A DNA stretch of 64,000 nucleotides, taken from Ignavibacteriota bacterium. GTDB taxonomy: Bacteria > Bacteroidota > Ignavibacteria > Palsa-1295. Position 1 is the first letter of the stretch. Each line of letters opens with the position of its first letter. This document shows, piece after piece, positions 47,529 to 57,273 of this stretch. The stretch spans positions 146,030 through 210,029 of the forward strand of contig CAVZOL010000009.1 in NCBI GenBank assembly GCA_963776895.1, in the 5' to 3' direction. Made by a program: the position numbers and the translations under genes. The notes under the pieces were generated by a model. The model did not search any database and was not told the DNA's origin. It worked only from the letters and a program-made list of their open reading frames with translations.

Positions 47529-49127
47529 CTACCTCGGCGGTCCATACATCAGCAATTGATACCGAGGGCTGTTCCGAATGTTATCGAAATCGGGATCGGA
47601 TTCGACCTCGGCTTTTCTCCCTGGTGCAAAGACAAATAATTTTTCAAGAATCTCCACAGCCTCATCGGCCTTGTCCGACTTTGCAAGCGTGCAGGCCGCA
47701 TTGAAATTCAATCGAACATCCTTAGGATAGAGCGGGAGCAGCGAGTCGTAGATTGCTTCGGCCTGTGCATCGAGCCCTGCCAGATCGAGCGCTATCGCTA
47801 AGTTGGCAGTCAGGCTCTCGCTATCGGGATACTGTGCCATTCGTTGTTTGCACATAATGATGGCCGCTCTCCCGTAGTCCTTGGCGCGACCGACATCGTT
47901 ATCGCGGTCGGCAGCAATGCCGGCGCTAAGATAATAAGCAAGATTCGAAGAGTCGAGTTGAATGGCACGTTCGAAGAGTGCGAGCGAGCGCGTTTTGTCG
48001 CTGCCAATAAGCATATTCGCAACGCGAGCACAGGCCGATGCATTGTTCGGATGCGCGGCTAAGTTCGCTTCGGCCTTCCTGAGATCGATCTCGCTGGAGG
48101 TCACCCCATGCAGGAATCCGCACAGCTCGTTACAGATCCGTTCCCGGATCGGGAACAGTTCTGTTTCGTTACCACTGTAAGATTCTTCCCATATCTCCCC
48201 GCCGCGCGCTGCGTCGAAGATCCGGGCAGAAATAAAATTGACATCGTGCGATTTGCGAACCAGCCCCTCGACGATAAACCGCGCATGCAATTCTTTTGCG
48301 ATGGCAAGTGCATTAAGCCGGGAATCGCGATATGGAGCAGACACCGATGCGCCGACCGTTGTAACGGAATTGATCGCCGAGAGCTGCGTAAGAAGCGCGT
48401 CGGAGAAAATATCGAGATTGTGCGTGCTATCCTGATCGAGATTGACTGTAGCAAACGGAAGCACTACCACGGGATTAAGCATTTCTGCTTCTTTGGGACC
48501 GGGCCGAAACGCAAGAAACAGAACTACGCCGATCACCACCAACGCCGCGATGCCAGCCATCATCCTGATATGGGCGCGCCGGGTGCTGAACTTAGAACGC
48601 TCTGACCCACCGGCTGCCGCCTGAGCACCCTCCAGCTTTACAACCTGGCTCTTGAGGGCACGCAGAATCGCTTCTTCATCATGAAAGTTCGTTTTCTGAA
48701 TACCGGCGAGCGCATATTCCAATCTGCCCGGAAGTTCAACACTACCGATCTCGATCGGCAGGATGATCTTACCGTGTTCGGCGGCTAACGCGATCTCTTT
48801 GGCAACATTGGGCGAAGCCGCAGAGGACTCGGAAAGAAGCGCGATAAAGATCTCGCTCGTCTTGATATTTTGCACGATCTCATCCGACCAGATCGAGGCG
48901 CCGGCGATGGCCTCCTGGTCGATCCACACGGAGTAACCCTCGCGCCGGAGCAGCGCAAGCAGGTGCATCGCATGTTTCTCATCTTCGCGAGAATAGCTTA
49001 TGAATATTCCTGGCGACATGGCAAATCTGTAACTAAAACGACGTTCCGACCCCTGAACACTTGGAACCGAACTGAGAGTTCTCATCATCTCAGGGCTTTC
49101 CAAACCGACCCCGGAGGGTTGGAACAT
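47529..49127 (-). CDS. TIR-domain protein with a TM segment, a TolB-N-like module and TPR repeats
   Basis: The TIR core is IFISYSREDEKHAMHLLALLRREGYSVWIDQ...ALLSESSAASPNVAKEIALA. It is followed by the TM segment IAALVVIGVVLFLAF, then VVVLPFATVN, then TPR repeats. Confidence 0.75.
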   Translation of the reverse strand: MFQPSGVGLESPEMMRTLSSVPSVQGSERRFSYRFAMSPGIFISYSREDEKHAMHLLALLRREGYSVWIDQEAIAGASIWSDEIVQNIKTSEIFIALLSESSAASPNVAKEIALAAEHGKIILPIEIGSVELPGRLEYALAGIQKTNFHDEEAILRALKSQVVKLEGAQAAAGGSERSKFSTRRAHIRMMAGIAALVVIGVVLFLAFRPGPKEAEMLNPVVVLPFATVNLDQDSTHNLDIFSDALLTQLSAINSVTTVGASVSAPYRDSRLNALAIAKELHARFIVEGLVRKSHDVNFISARIFDAARGGEIWEESYSGNETELFPIRERICNELCGFLHGVTSSEIDLRKAEANLAAHPNNASACARVANMLIGSDKTRSLALFERAIQLDSSNLAYYLSAGIAADRDNDVGRAKDYGRAAIIMCKQRMAQYPDSESLTANLAIALDLAGLDAQAEAIYDSLLPLYPKDVRLNFNAACTLAKSDKADEAVEILEKLFVFAPGRKAEVESDPDFDNIRNSPRYQLLMYGPPR

Positions 49128-49204
49128 AACGAATTACGGCTCGTAGGGTAAGTTCTCCCCCGATCTATAGCCGGCTGCGCGAAAGGAGCCATAAGCTTAA
49201 CCCG

Positions 49205-49639
49205 GTGGTTATCTATTTATTCATGCGATTTCGGTCGCGCCTTTGGGGCGCATTTGCCTTGTTTTTTTTTACCACTCCTCTTTTGGCCCAAAGTGGCAAA
49301 GTGGATCATGCGGGTTCGCTCGCCTATTCCCGAGCAGGTTTTGAGTTCGAGCAAAAAAAGGAGTATAAATACGCCCTTTTCGAATACGATACCGCAGCGA
49401 AATTAGATCCCACCTATCCCTACCCCGTCGAGCGCATTGGCGGAATGTATCAGGTCCTGAAAAATTACCCGAAAGCCATTGATGCTTACGAACATGCGAT
49501 CCGGCTCGATTCCATGTTCGATGTCTATAATTATTACAATCTGGGACTCTCCTTTCATGTCGTGCGGAAATATCGACAGCGCCGTCTTCGCGCTGAGGGA
49601 ATTTATTGCGCGGATGGATCCTGTGAACAAGGAAGATAG
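49205..49639 (+). CDS. N-terminal TPR part of the TolB/OmpA-like protein, frameshifted
   Basis: Has a signal peptide and TPR helices. It continues through the frame of ORF 49479-49751 into 49696-51816. Indels lie near 49550 and 49700. Confidence 0.5.
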   Translation: MVIYLFMRFRSRLWGAFALFFFTTPLLAQSGKVDHAGSLAYSRAGFEFEQKKEYKYALFEYDTAAKLDPTYPYPVERIGGMYQVLKNYPKAIDAYEHAIRLDSMFDVYNYYNLGLSFHVVRKYRQRRLRAEGIYCADGSCEQGR

Positions 49640-49695
49640 CGCCGCCATGTTCGACGCCGATTGGTGGATCAAATTCAATCTCGGATGCATCGGAA

Positions 49696-51816
49696 GTGCA
49701 GGCACGGCCGAAAAACACCGACGAACCCATTCCGCTCTCCGACGTCAATAGTAAATACGAGGATTTCGGCCCCACTGAAACCGCCGATGGCAACACGCTC
49801 TATTTTACATCGACGCGTCCGGGAACGAACTCAAAGGAAGAAATTGAAACCAAAGATTATGGCGAAGATCTGTTCGTGACTCACCGCGACTCAACCGGGC
49901 ACTGGATGAAGCCCATACCGCTGCCGCCACCGCTCAACTCGATCGACGATGAAGGCGCCTCCTTCGTTAGTGCCGATGGGCAGACCATGTATCTCAGCCT
50001 GTGCCGAAGGCCGGACGGCATGGGCGATTGCGATATTTATGTCTCCCATCTCGTCGGCGACGTTTGGACGAAACCACAGCCGCTCGGTCATCCCCTTAAC
50101 TCTGTCGCTTGGGATGCCGAGCCCAGCGTGACCGCCGATGGCCAAACCATGTATTTCTCCAGCCGCCGGCATGGTTCGATCGAAGGCTCTGAAGATATTT
50201 ATGTCTCGTATAAAAATACGGATGGTTCCTGGTCCGTGCCTACGAATTTGGGTGAGCCGGTCAACACGCGCTATAACGATCGCTCGCCATTCATTTCCGC
50301 CGATGGAAAAACGCTCTATTTTTCCTCGAACGGCCATCCCGGTTTTGGGAACCACGATTTGTTCATGACCCGCAAGCTCGACGATGGAACCTGGAGCGTG
50401 CCCGTCAATCTTGGCAGGCCCATTAATGGCTATGGCGACGATGTGTTCCTTACCATCCCTGCAAGCGGCGATAAAATTATTTTTTCCAGCCAACGCGACG
50501 ATGCGCGCGGACCGCTGAATTTATTTGAAGCAAAACTTCCCCTTGAATTTCGTCCGGGGCCTGTTACCTTGGTTGAAGGAATGGTCTATGACCGTGAGAC
50601 GCTTCAACCTGTTGGCGCGGAAGTAGATGTTAACGATCTCAAAACCGATAAATTAGTCGCCACTTATCATTCCAATAAAGTGAGCGGCAAGTTCTATATC
50701 ACGCTCGGCACCGGAAAGGAATATGGCGTCACAGCAACCGCGCCCGGATACGCGCCGTTTTCAGACCATTATACTGTGCCCGATACGATCTCCTACCGCA
50801 AAGTGGAACACGATCTTCCGCTGACAAAGCTGCCAAATTATGCAGCCATTCATGCTGCCGATAGCGCGAAACAAGCCCGCGACAGCATGCTGGCCGTTGC
50901 CAGCCAAGGGATTCCGACGAATGGAAAAGGTAACGGAAATGGAAACGGGAACGGAAATGGAAACGGGAACGGGAATGGTAACGGAAATGGAAACGGGAAC
51001 GGGAATGGTAACGGGAACTGGAATGGTAACGGTAACGGAAATGGTAACGGTAACGGAAATGGAAACGGTAACGGTAACGGTAACGGAAATGGAAACGGAA
51101 ATGGAAATGGTAATGGAAATAACGGATACATCGATCACTCCGGCGACAGCTTGTTTGCGATGATCGGGAACGGTGGGAATGGAAACGGTAACAGCAATGG
51201 GAATAACGGATACATCGACCACTCCGGCGACAGCTTGTTTGCACTGATTGGTAACAATGGTAACGGCGGGAACGGGAATGGCGATGGTAACAACGGCTAT
51301 ATCGATCACTCTGGCGATAGCCTATTCGCGCTGATTGGCAATAACGGGAACGGCGGGAATGGTAACGGCAATGGAAACAACGGATACATCGATCACTCCG
51401 GTGACAGCTTGTTTGGCCTGCTAAATGAGAATAATAATTCCGGCGGCGGCAACACAAACGAGGGAATTGACACTTCCGGTATCGAACTCCACAACGTATT
51501 TTTCGATTTCGATAAAGCGACGCTGCGTCCGGAATCGCACAGCGAACTGAACTATTGGGTCGATCTGCTGAAGAAATATCCAGTGCTCAAGATCGAAATC
51601 GATGGGCATACCGATTCCGTCGGCACGGCACAATATAACCAACGGCTTTCGCTCGCGCGTGCGGAATCGGTGCGTGCGTACCTGATCGCGCACGGCGTGA
51701 ACGCAAAACAGTTGGTTCCCAAAGGCTTTGGCGCGACAAAACCGAAAGCTTCGAACGATACCGACGAAGGCCGCCAGCGCAACCGCCGCACAGAGTTCCG
51801 GTTCATCAAGACATAA
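49696..51816 (+). CDS. TolB-like (PD40 beta-propeller) / OmpA C-terminal domain protein with (Gly-Asn)n and tandem repeats
   Basis: PD40 repeats are GNTLYFTSTRPG, GQTMYFSSRRHG and GKTLYFSSNGHPG. The OmpA motif is VFFDFDKATL...GHTDSVG...NQRLSLARAESV...NRRTEF. Confidence 0.8.
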   Translation: MQARPKNTDEPIPLSDVNSKYEDFGPTETADGNTLYFTSTRPGTNSKEEIETKDYGEDLFVTHRDSTGHWMKPIPLPPPLNSIDDEGASFVSADGQTMYLSLCRRPDGMGDCDIYVSHLVGDVWTKPQPLGHPLNSVAWDAEPSVTADGQTMYFSSRRHGSIEGSEDIYVSYKNTDGSWSVPTNLGEPVNTRYNDRSPFISADGKTLYFSSNGHPGFGNHDLFMTRKLDDGTWSVPVNLGRPINGYGDDVFLTIPASGDKIIFSSQRDDARGPLNLFEAKLPLEFRPGPVTLVEGMVYDRETLQPVGAEVDVNDLKTDKLVATYHSNKVSGKFYITLGTGKEYGVTATAPGYAPFSDHYTVPDTISYRKVEHDLPLTKLPNYAAIHAADSAKQARDSMLAVASQGIPTNGKGNGNGNGNGNGNGNGNGNGNGNGNGNGNGNWNGNGNGNGNGNGNGNGNGNGNGNGNGNGNGNGNNGYIDHSGDSLFAMIGNGGNGNGNSNGNNGYIDHSGDSLFALIGNNGNGGNGNGDGNNGYIDHSGDSLFALIGNNGNGGNGNGNGNNGYIDHSGDSLFGLLNENNNSGGGNTNEGIDTSGIELHNVFFDFDKATLRPESHSELNYWVDLLKKYPVLKIEIDGHTDSVGTAQYNQRLSLARAESVRAYLIAHGVNAKQLVPKGFGATKPKASNDTDEGRQRNRRTEFRFIKT
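50921..51420 (+). repeat. Coding tandem repeats: about 33 GGN-AAY (Gly-Asn) units, then 4 copies of a roughly 60-nt unit
   Basis: GGAAACGGGAACGGAAATGG... runs over 50921-51120. Then NNGYIDHSGDSLFA(L/M)IGNNGNGGNGNG occurs four times over 51121-51420. Confidence 0.9.
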
Positions 51817-51839
51817 CCGAGAGCAGATTCATACCCACT

Positions 51840-52886
51840 CTATAATCTGGAGGGCATGGAATAGATCGCTGTGAAGAAGAGGATGAACCGGTAGAGCCAA
51901 AGAATGTAGAGCAGACTGTACGTCAGAAACGATGCTCGAAGAATGTTCGCCCATAGCTTTCCACCATAGACCTTACCCAAAGCAACAATGAAATAAAGCA
52001 AGATCAGCGTAGCATCGGATAACGTGATCCATGTATCCCAATTAATATCATAAGCATTGATTTGGAGTCCCAGGACTTCAAACCCCAGCAATACGAGTAA
52101 ATCCATTATCAGAGCGCCAAAGCTTATAAGAAGAAGAAAGAGCGAGAAGAAGTGAAGGCTGAACACGAGATGCTCCACAAAATAGTAATGTTTCCTGAAA
52201 TACAAAAGAGCAAGGAGCGCCGCAAACATCGGAACCATAAGGATCACAAGCGATTTCGCTTGTTCCGATGATATTTCATCGTACTTTTCCGCAAAAGTTT
52301 TGAAGGTGGTATGAGAAGTTCGTATCCGCTCATCTACGGTTGGTCTGATGTACCGGCTATAGATCTGCAAACTGTATTGCGATTCGAGCGGCACTACGAT
52401 CGTATTAATAGGAAAAAAATGCAAGAAAATAAAATAGATAATATTAACAACAATGAACAGCCGAACCGGCTTGACAAAACTTCCCTCACGTCCAGCGCGC
52501 CACTCCGCTGTAAGCCTGCCCGGACTGAACAGTAGATATCGAAGCGACAGAAGAACTTTGGAATCAATATCGGTGAACTCATGCAGCGTGTGTTTTATAA
52601 AATGAAGCAGGCGGTAATCATGCGGCGTCCGCAGCTTCTGGCCGCAGCGATGACAATAACGCCCGTGCGCGGGAGCCCCGCAATTAGGACAGTGCAACTG
52701 CTCGGCGTAGGGCGTGGTAGCTGTATCGCCCGGTGCGCTATTCAATACTGGTGCGCTATCCAATACTATTGATGAGGTATCCTCCATAGATGATTTAAAA
52801 TCGAATAATTTCGACAAAGAACAATCTAATCGGCTGAATAATCGTTTACCGTCTCGTGAAACGCATTGGAATTTTTGGAGGTACAT
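51840..52886 (-). CDS. DUF3667-like protein: zinc ribbon plus multi-pass membrane region
   Basis: Has [18 protein letters not shown] followed by 5-6 TM segments. The true start is probably an internal Met. Confidence 0.6.
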   Translation of the reverse strand: MYLQKFQCVSRDGKRLFSRLDCSLSKLFDFKSSMEDTSSIVLDSAPVLNSAPGDTATTPYAEQLHCPNCGAPAHGRYCHRCGQKLRTPHDYRLLHFIKHTLHEFTDIDSKVLLSLRYLLFSPGRLTAEWRAGREGSFVKPVRLFIVVNIIYFIFLHFFPINTIVVPLESQYSLQIYSRYIRPTVDERIRTSHTTFKTFAEKYDEISSEQAKSLVILMVPMFAALLALLYFRKHYYFVEHLVFSLHFFSLFLLLISFGALIMDLLVLLGFEVLGLQINAYDINWDTWITLSDATLILLYFIVALGKVYGGKLWANILRASFLTYSLLYILWLYRFILFFTAIYSMPSRL

Positions 52887-53440
52887 TCGACCCGCCGCAT
52901 CTCGCGCACCTCATTGCCGGTGAGATAGCGGTCGAAGCATTTGCGCTGGATAAACTTTTTTTGATTCCCGCTAATGTCCCTCCGCATAAGACTGGTGGGA
53001 ACATAAGCTCGAGCGAACATCGGCTTACTATGACAGAACTTGCTGCGCAAGGCAATGAAAAATTCGAAGTTTCCCGCGTCGAGTTAGATCGTCCCGGCCC
53101 ATCCTACACCATTGATACATTGCACGAAATTCAGCATCAACTCTCGCCGGAAAAGATATTGCTCTTCATCGGCCTCGATCAGATGGCGATCTTCCATACA
53201 TGGCATAAGTGGGAACAGATATTAGAATCGGCTGAAGTGGTGGTCATGATCCGGCCCTGGCAAAAATTCGATGAAATTGATTCCTCCCTCATCGACCGGA
53301 TAAAAATATTACCGATGCCGCTGATGGACATTTCTTCCACCGATATTCGCGCGCGCGTTCGTGCAGGGAAATCTATTCGATACTTAGTTCCGGATGGAGT
53401 GAGAGAATATATTGCGGAACATCGGCTGTATCAGGAATAA
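52856..53440 (+). CDS. nadD: Nicotinate-nucleotide adenylyltransferase
   Basis: Has [16 protein letters not shown] (the (H/T)xGH-type motif) and ISSTDIR. Confidence 0.9.
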   Translation: MKRIGIFGGTFDPPHLAHLIAGEIAVEAFALDKLFLIPANVPPHKTGGNISSSEHRLTMTELAAQGNEKFEVSRVELDRPGPSYTIDTLHEIQHQLSPEKILLFIGLDQMAIFHTWHKWEQILESAEVVVMIRPWQKFDEIDSSLIDRIKILPMPLMDISSTDIRARVRAGKSIRYLVPDGVREYIAEHRLYQE

Positions 53441-53477
53441 ATAAGGTCTCGATGCCAGCGATAAGGTTTAAGATGTC

Positions 53478-53622
53478 ATCCTGAGCGGAGTTTTTTCGAC
53501 CGAAGGGAGAAAAAACGGAGTCGAAGGATCTCCGGACATTCACCACTGAGCTAGACTACATGAGATCCTTCGACTCCGTTCGTCCTTCGTTCCTCAGGAC
53601 GAACTCCGCTCAGGATGACATG
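53478..53622. repeat. Compound palindromic element (nested inverted repeats), copy A
   Basis: The outer inverted repeat is ATGTCATCCTGAGCGGAGTT/AACTCCGCTCAGGATGACAT. The inner one is CGGAGTCGAAGGATCTC/GAGATCCTTCGACTCCG. There is an extra hairpin TTCGTCC...GGACGAA. Confidence 0.8.
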
Positions 53623-53641
53623 GTAAAAAATACGGAATTTC

Positions 53642-54103
53642 TCAACTCATCACCACTTCATTCTGCGAGTGCTCAACCGGAGCGGCGTTCTTAGGCAGCT
53701 TGCCTTTTAGATGATGCTCGATCTTTTTCAGCGCCTCACGCAGGCCACCTTCGTAGTCCCCTTTTGCAAAATGCGCGCCAAGCGTTTTGGCGACATCATC
53801 CCATGCTTCGGGATGGACTTTGCTGTGAACGCCCTCATCGCCATACACATAAAACTTCCGCTCGTGATAGAGCACGAGCAATAAAATTCCGAACCGCTTG
53901 TCGTGATGATGCAGATGCAGCGCAGCGAATTCTTTTTGCGCTAATTCCCTGAGCGAGAGATCGGCCTCGCCGGCATCGCGCAGATCGCGGATGGAAACGC
54001 GGATCTCCGCGCCCGTCGTTTGCTCCACATCGGCAATAACGTGTGCGATGCGTTCGAGTATATCGCGCGAGAAAGCTTCGTTGGCGTGTTCGGGGTGCTC
54101 CAT
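53642..54103 (-). CDS. TPM-domain (YgcG-like) protein
   Basis: RFGILLLVLYHERKFYVYGDEGV...HFAKGDYEGGLREAL matches the TPM pattern. Confidence 0.6.
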   Translation of the reverse strand: MEHPEHANEAFSRDILERIAHVIADVEQTTGAEIRVSIRDLRDAGEADLSLRELAQKEFAALHLHHHDKRFGILLLVLYHERKFYVYGDEGVHSKVHPEAWDDVAKTLGAHFAKGDYEGGLREALKKIEHHLKGKLPKNAAPVEHSQNEVVMS

Positions 54104-54160
54104 AGGGTATAACGAACGAAAAGGGAGCGTGAAGCATTTCCTTATTCAACGTTCGAGTAC

Positions 54161-55276
54161 GTGAACTTCCTAAGACATTTTGCAGGGCAGATTATGAAAG
54201 CGCAACGAATCGCAATTTTACTTCTTGCACTTTTATTGACCAATGAAGGACGTGCTCAGGGTCGTGTCAGCGTCTCCACTTCATGCTCTCCTACTGCTTT
54301 TTTGTGCAATGGCATCCTTCAAAATGAGGCACCCATCAATTTTGTTATCTTCGATAGCGACTGGAAAACCGGCGAGGTGCTCGTCGCCGACTCCATTATA
54401 GTTCGTGGCGATTCCAACTTCATATTCGTTTTTGGTTACCCCCCCGGAGTGAAAATTTATGGAGCAGCTTTTTATTATGGAGCCACGTATGCGCCATCGT
54501 CATTCGGGCCGGACACGCTGTGGGTGTCCGTATATTACAGCCATGGCTCATCGGCCTCAGCCGCATTTCCATTCGCGCCTCAGCCAAGCCCCGATGTAGG
54601 TCTGCTCGGCTTCACAACGTTCGAGTGCTGGTTCCCCGGACCCGATAGTAACGGGAGCACAATCGTGGGCACAGAGGGTTCCCAACCGGAACTCGTTACA
54701 GACACCATTCACGATATTATGAATGAAGGGACACCATACAATTCGCCTTTTAGCGCCCAGAGCCTTGGTGAGAATACACGAGCTTTCTTAGATGCCTGTG
54801 CGGGCGCCATCGTGGATTCTATTACTTTTGAAAGCGATTTTTCGGAGTTTACTTTCCTCAATTTGCCAAGCTTTCCCGATACCGTTCCACCGGAAGATAG
54901 TTTGGTCATTCACTATCAAATTAACCCTTCCATTGTGGGAGCCCATAAGCGCCCGATGGTCTTTCATGTGCATGGTTATGATCCTCTCGTCTGGAGCTTC
55001 GAATATTCGGTTGCCGCTCCTTCTTCGGTTGGCGTAGTTCCCGAAACCAACATCAATCTTCGCGTATTCCCAAACCCCGTCACAAATGAATTACAAATTC
55101 TCGGCGGGCAAGCTGGAACCATCCATCTGTTCGATATTATGGGCCGGGAGCGCATGACTGCGACAATGGCTGGCGAGGGTGTCGGCCCCACCACGCTGGA
55201 TGTCTCAAGCTTAGAACCCGGAATTTACTTTTTGCGAGTAGGCAATCAATCAACGAAGGTTGAGATCGCCCGGTAA
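54161..55276 (+). CDS. Secreted protein with a T9SS C-terminal sorting domain
   Basis: Has a signal peptide. The C-terminal domain reads VFPNPVTNELQI...GIYFLRVGN. Confidence 0.6.
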   Translation: MNFLRHFAGQIMKAQRIAILLLALLLTNEGRAQGRVSVSTSCSPTAFLCNGILQNEAPINFVIFDSDWKTGEVLVADSIIVRGDSNFIFVFGYPPGVKIYGAAFYYGATYAPSSFGPDTLWVSVYYSHGSSASAAFPFAPQPSPDVGLLGFTTFECWFPGPDSNGSTIVGTEGSQPELVTDTIHDIMNEGTPYNSPFSAQSLGENTRAFLDACAGAIVDSITFESDFSEFTFLNLPSFPDTVPPEDSLVIHYQINPSIVGAHKRPMVFHVHGYDPLVWSFEYSVAAPSSVGVVPETNINLRVFPNPVTNELQILGGQAGTIHLFDIMGRERMTATMAGEGVGPTTLDVSSLEPGIYFLRVGNQSTKVEIAR

Positions 55277-55325
55277 GTGTATCCGTTGCTGCGAACTATC
55301 CGTTGCAGATCGCGTTATAATTCTT

Positions 55326-55568
55326 ATGGATTTTCATGTTACTGTGGACGACAGCTTAGCGCCATCCTTTCTGGAATTGATGAAAAATCTCCGGCGGGTG
55401 AAGATTGAGCGAATTCCTGCTAAAAAGGAAAATGGAAAGCCAGCCAAACGAAGCTCTGGCGATGTAACGATCCTTCACAACTTGCAACACGCCCTGGATG
55501 AGGTCAAACTTGCGCGTGAAGGAAAAATTACTTTAAAATCAGCCGAGGAGTTTCTTCGTGAGTTATAA
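55326..55568 (+). CDS. Putative antitoxin (80 aa) of the RelE-like toxin
   Basis: Internal Met (MDFHVT...) of track ORF 55260-55568. It overlaps the toxin start by 11 nt. Confidence 0.45.
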   Translation: MDFHVTVDDSLAPSFLELMKNLRRVKIERIPAKKENGKPAKRSSGDVTILHNLQHALDEVKLAREGKITLKSAEEFLREL

Positions 55569-55896
55569 GGTCGAAATCACTCCGACCTTTTCGAAGGAAT
55601 TTAAGCCATTAGCCAAGAAGTACCGCTCGCTGCGATCGGAGCTGACCGCCTTGATCGACAAACTCAAAGAAAATTCCGAAATGGGAACGCCGCTCGGACA
55701 TAGCTGCTACAAAATCAGGTTGGGAATTAAATCGAAAGGCCGAGGCAAATCCTCCGGTGGGAGAGTCATAACCCAAGTATTCGTCCTGGATCGAACAGTG
55801 TACTTGCTTCCGATCTATGACAAGTCGAAACGTTCGACGATCACGGATGCTGACTTAGTGAAATTAATAGACACTCGAGAGCAGGTGCCGGAATAA
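55558..55896 (+). CDS. RelE/ParE-superfamily toxin
   Basis: YKVEITPTFSKEFKPLAKKY...CYKIRLGIKSKGRGKSSGGRVI...LLPIYDKSKRSTI is a typical addiction-module toxin pattern. Confidence 0.7.
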   Translation: MSYKVEITPTFSKEFKPLAKKYRSLRSELTALIDKLKENSEMGTPLGHSCYKIRLGIKSKGRGKSSGGRVITQVFVLDRTVYLLPIYDKSKRSTITDADLVKLIDTREQVPE

Positions 55897-55899
55897 TTT

Positions 55900-56253
55900 T
55901 TACGAGGCTTGGGAGTGTGCATCTCTTGCCTGCGTTTCGGGAACAGGCGGTTGCGCGGGCGCGGTTTGGACCACCGGGGCTGTTAGCGAGGGAGGAATTT
56001 TCAGCTCGGCATGAAGCGGCTCGGCAATAGTGCGCAGTTGGGATTCGAATCCTTGTTTCGCGCCGGTGATGGCTTCGAGCGGTTCTTTTATGGCAGTTTT
56101 CACCTGCGTCTCAATTCCGGCTTTGGCATCGTTGAATTTACGAATGCCTTTACCTAAACTCTGGGCAAGCTCCGGTATTTTCTTCGGACCGAAGAAAATA
56201 AGGATTACCAGTAAAATAAGGAGGATCTCGCCTCCACCGACATTTTCAAACAT
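55900..56253 (-). CDS. tatB: Twin-arginine translocase subunit, TatA/TatB family (long form)
   Basis: Has ILLILLVILIFFGPKKIPELAQSLGKGIRKF followed by a long amphipathic tail. Confidence 0.75.
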   Translation of the reverse strand: MFENVGGGEILLILLVILIFFGPKKIPELAQSLGKGIRKFNDAKAGIETQVKTAIKEPLEAITGAKQGFESQLRTIAEPLHAELKIPPSLTAPVVQTAPAQPPVPETQARDAHSQAS

Positions 56254-56364
56254 TTCTTGAGTACAGAGTTATGAGTACCGAGTTATATGATTAGCGAACA
56301 ACGAGTTTTCACTCGGTGCTCCGCGCATGATCGGTCATGCGCGTTACTCACTACTCGGTACTGA

Positions 56365-56550
56365 TCAAGCTTTTGGCGCTTCGGGGGTTTTGATGGCATT
56401 GGGGTCATCTCCACCCTGGGTTGCGCGTTTGAATTCGTTCAGGCCTTTGCCGAGGCCATGCATAAGTTCCGGAATCTTCTTGCCTCCAAACAGGAGCAAC
56501 AGTACCGCAACGATAATTAACAGCTTCAGAGGGCTAAGGTCGTCTAACAT
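56365..56550 (-). CDS. tatA: Twin-arginine translocase subunit TatA/E
   Basis: Has [32 protein letters not shown]. Confidence 0.8.
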   Translation of the reverse strand: MLDDLSPLKLLIIVAVLLLLFGGKKIPELMHGLGKGLNEFKRATQGGDDPNAIKTPEAPKA

Positions 56551-56603
56551 AAGTATGTATTAAGTGGCGCACCAATGGTGCATGTGAGTGCTAAAAATTT
56601 CCC

Positions 56604-56795
56604 TTATGCCTTTGGCGGTTCTGGGGTTGGTGTTGTCTTTGCGGCTTCAGCAGGGTCGCCCTGCGCGCCGCGCTTGAATTCATTGATCCCCTTGCCGAGG
56701 CCGTGCATCAGCTCAGGAATTTTCTTCCCACCGAAAAGTATCATGATGATGAACACGATGATAAGCAGCTCGAATGGGCCGACATTTCTAAACAT
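56604..56795 (-). CDS. tatA: Twin-arginine translocase subunit TatA/E
   Basis: Has [32 protein letters not shown]. Confidence 0.8.
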   Translation of the reverse strand: MFRNVGPFELLIIVFIIMILFGGKKIPELMHGLGKGINEFKRGAQGDPAEAAKTTPTPEPPKA

Positions 56796-56919
56796 GGATT
56801 ATTCTCCGTTTTCTATGATTTTGACGGCGTTCGCCGGAAATAGTTTAACTATACCACGAACTTCGATTGTAGCAAGAAGGTTCGTGAGTACAACCTAATA
56901 ATCGTGACGGATATAATAA

Positions 56920-57075
56920 TCTCATCCATAGCGGAGCTTGTCCGACCGGGAGGAGGACAAACGGAGTCGAAGGATCTCTGGCAGTTTGGCTCAGTTGTGA
57001 ACGACCGGAGATCCTTCGACTTCGTTCTTGCTCCTTCGTCGCAAGAACTCCCCTCAGGATGACAGTCTAAAAGAC
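56920..57075. repeat. Compound palindromic element, copy B (left end replaced)
   Basis: It shares CGGAGTCGAAGGATCTC...GAGATCCTTCGACTTCG and the right end CTCAGGATGACAG with copy A. Confidence 0.7.
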
Positions 57076-57273
57076 ACCTTTTCAAACCACAACAGAGTTA
57101 GGTTTTTTTATACCCCGTTATCCAGCCATCCCCTTTTTTGCTGTATCGAAACAATTTGATCTTCTTCGAGCGCGGAATAGCCAACGCGACGCCAATGACG
57201 ATCACGACGATCGCAAGGGCAAGAATCGCAAAAATTATGAGTTGTAGAATGTAGCCGAAATCCATAATGAATA

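Noticed and set aside
50729-51457. Long antisense and alternative-frame ORFs (242, 182, 107 and 93 aa) in the Gly-Asn repeat region
   Set aside because: They arise from the hexanucleotide periodicity. The sense frame is flanked by bona fide PD40 and OmpA domains.
57098-57265. A 55-aa hydrophobic ORF downstream of purQ (MDFGYILQLIIFAILALAIVVIVIG...)
   Set aside because: It is plausible as a small membrane protein. However, it has no homology-type evidence, lies below the ORF-track threshold, and has no ribosome-binding site that I could verify, so it is not reported as a feature.
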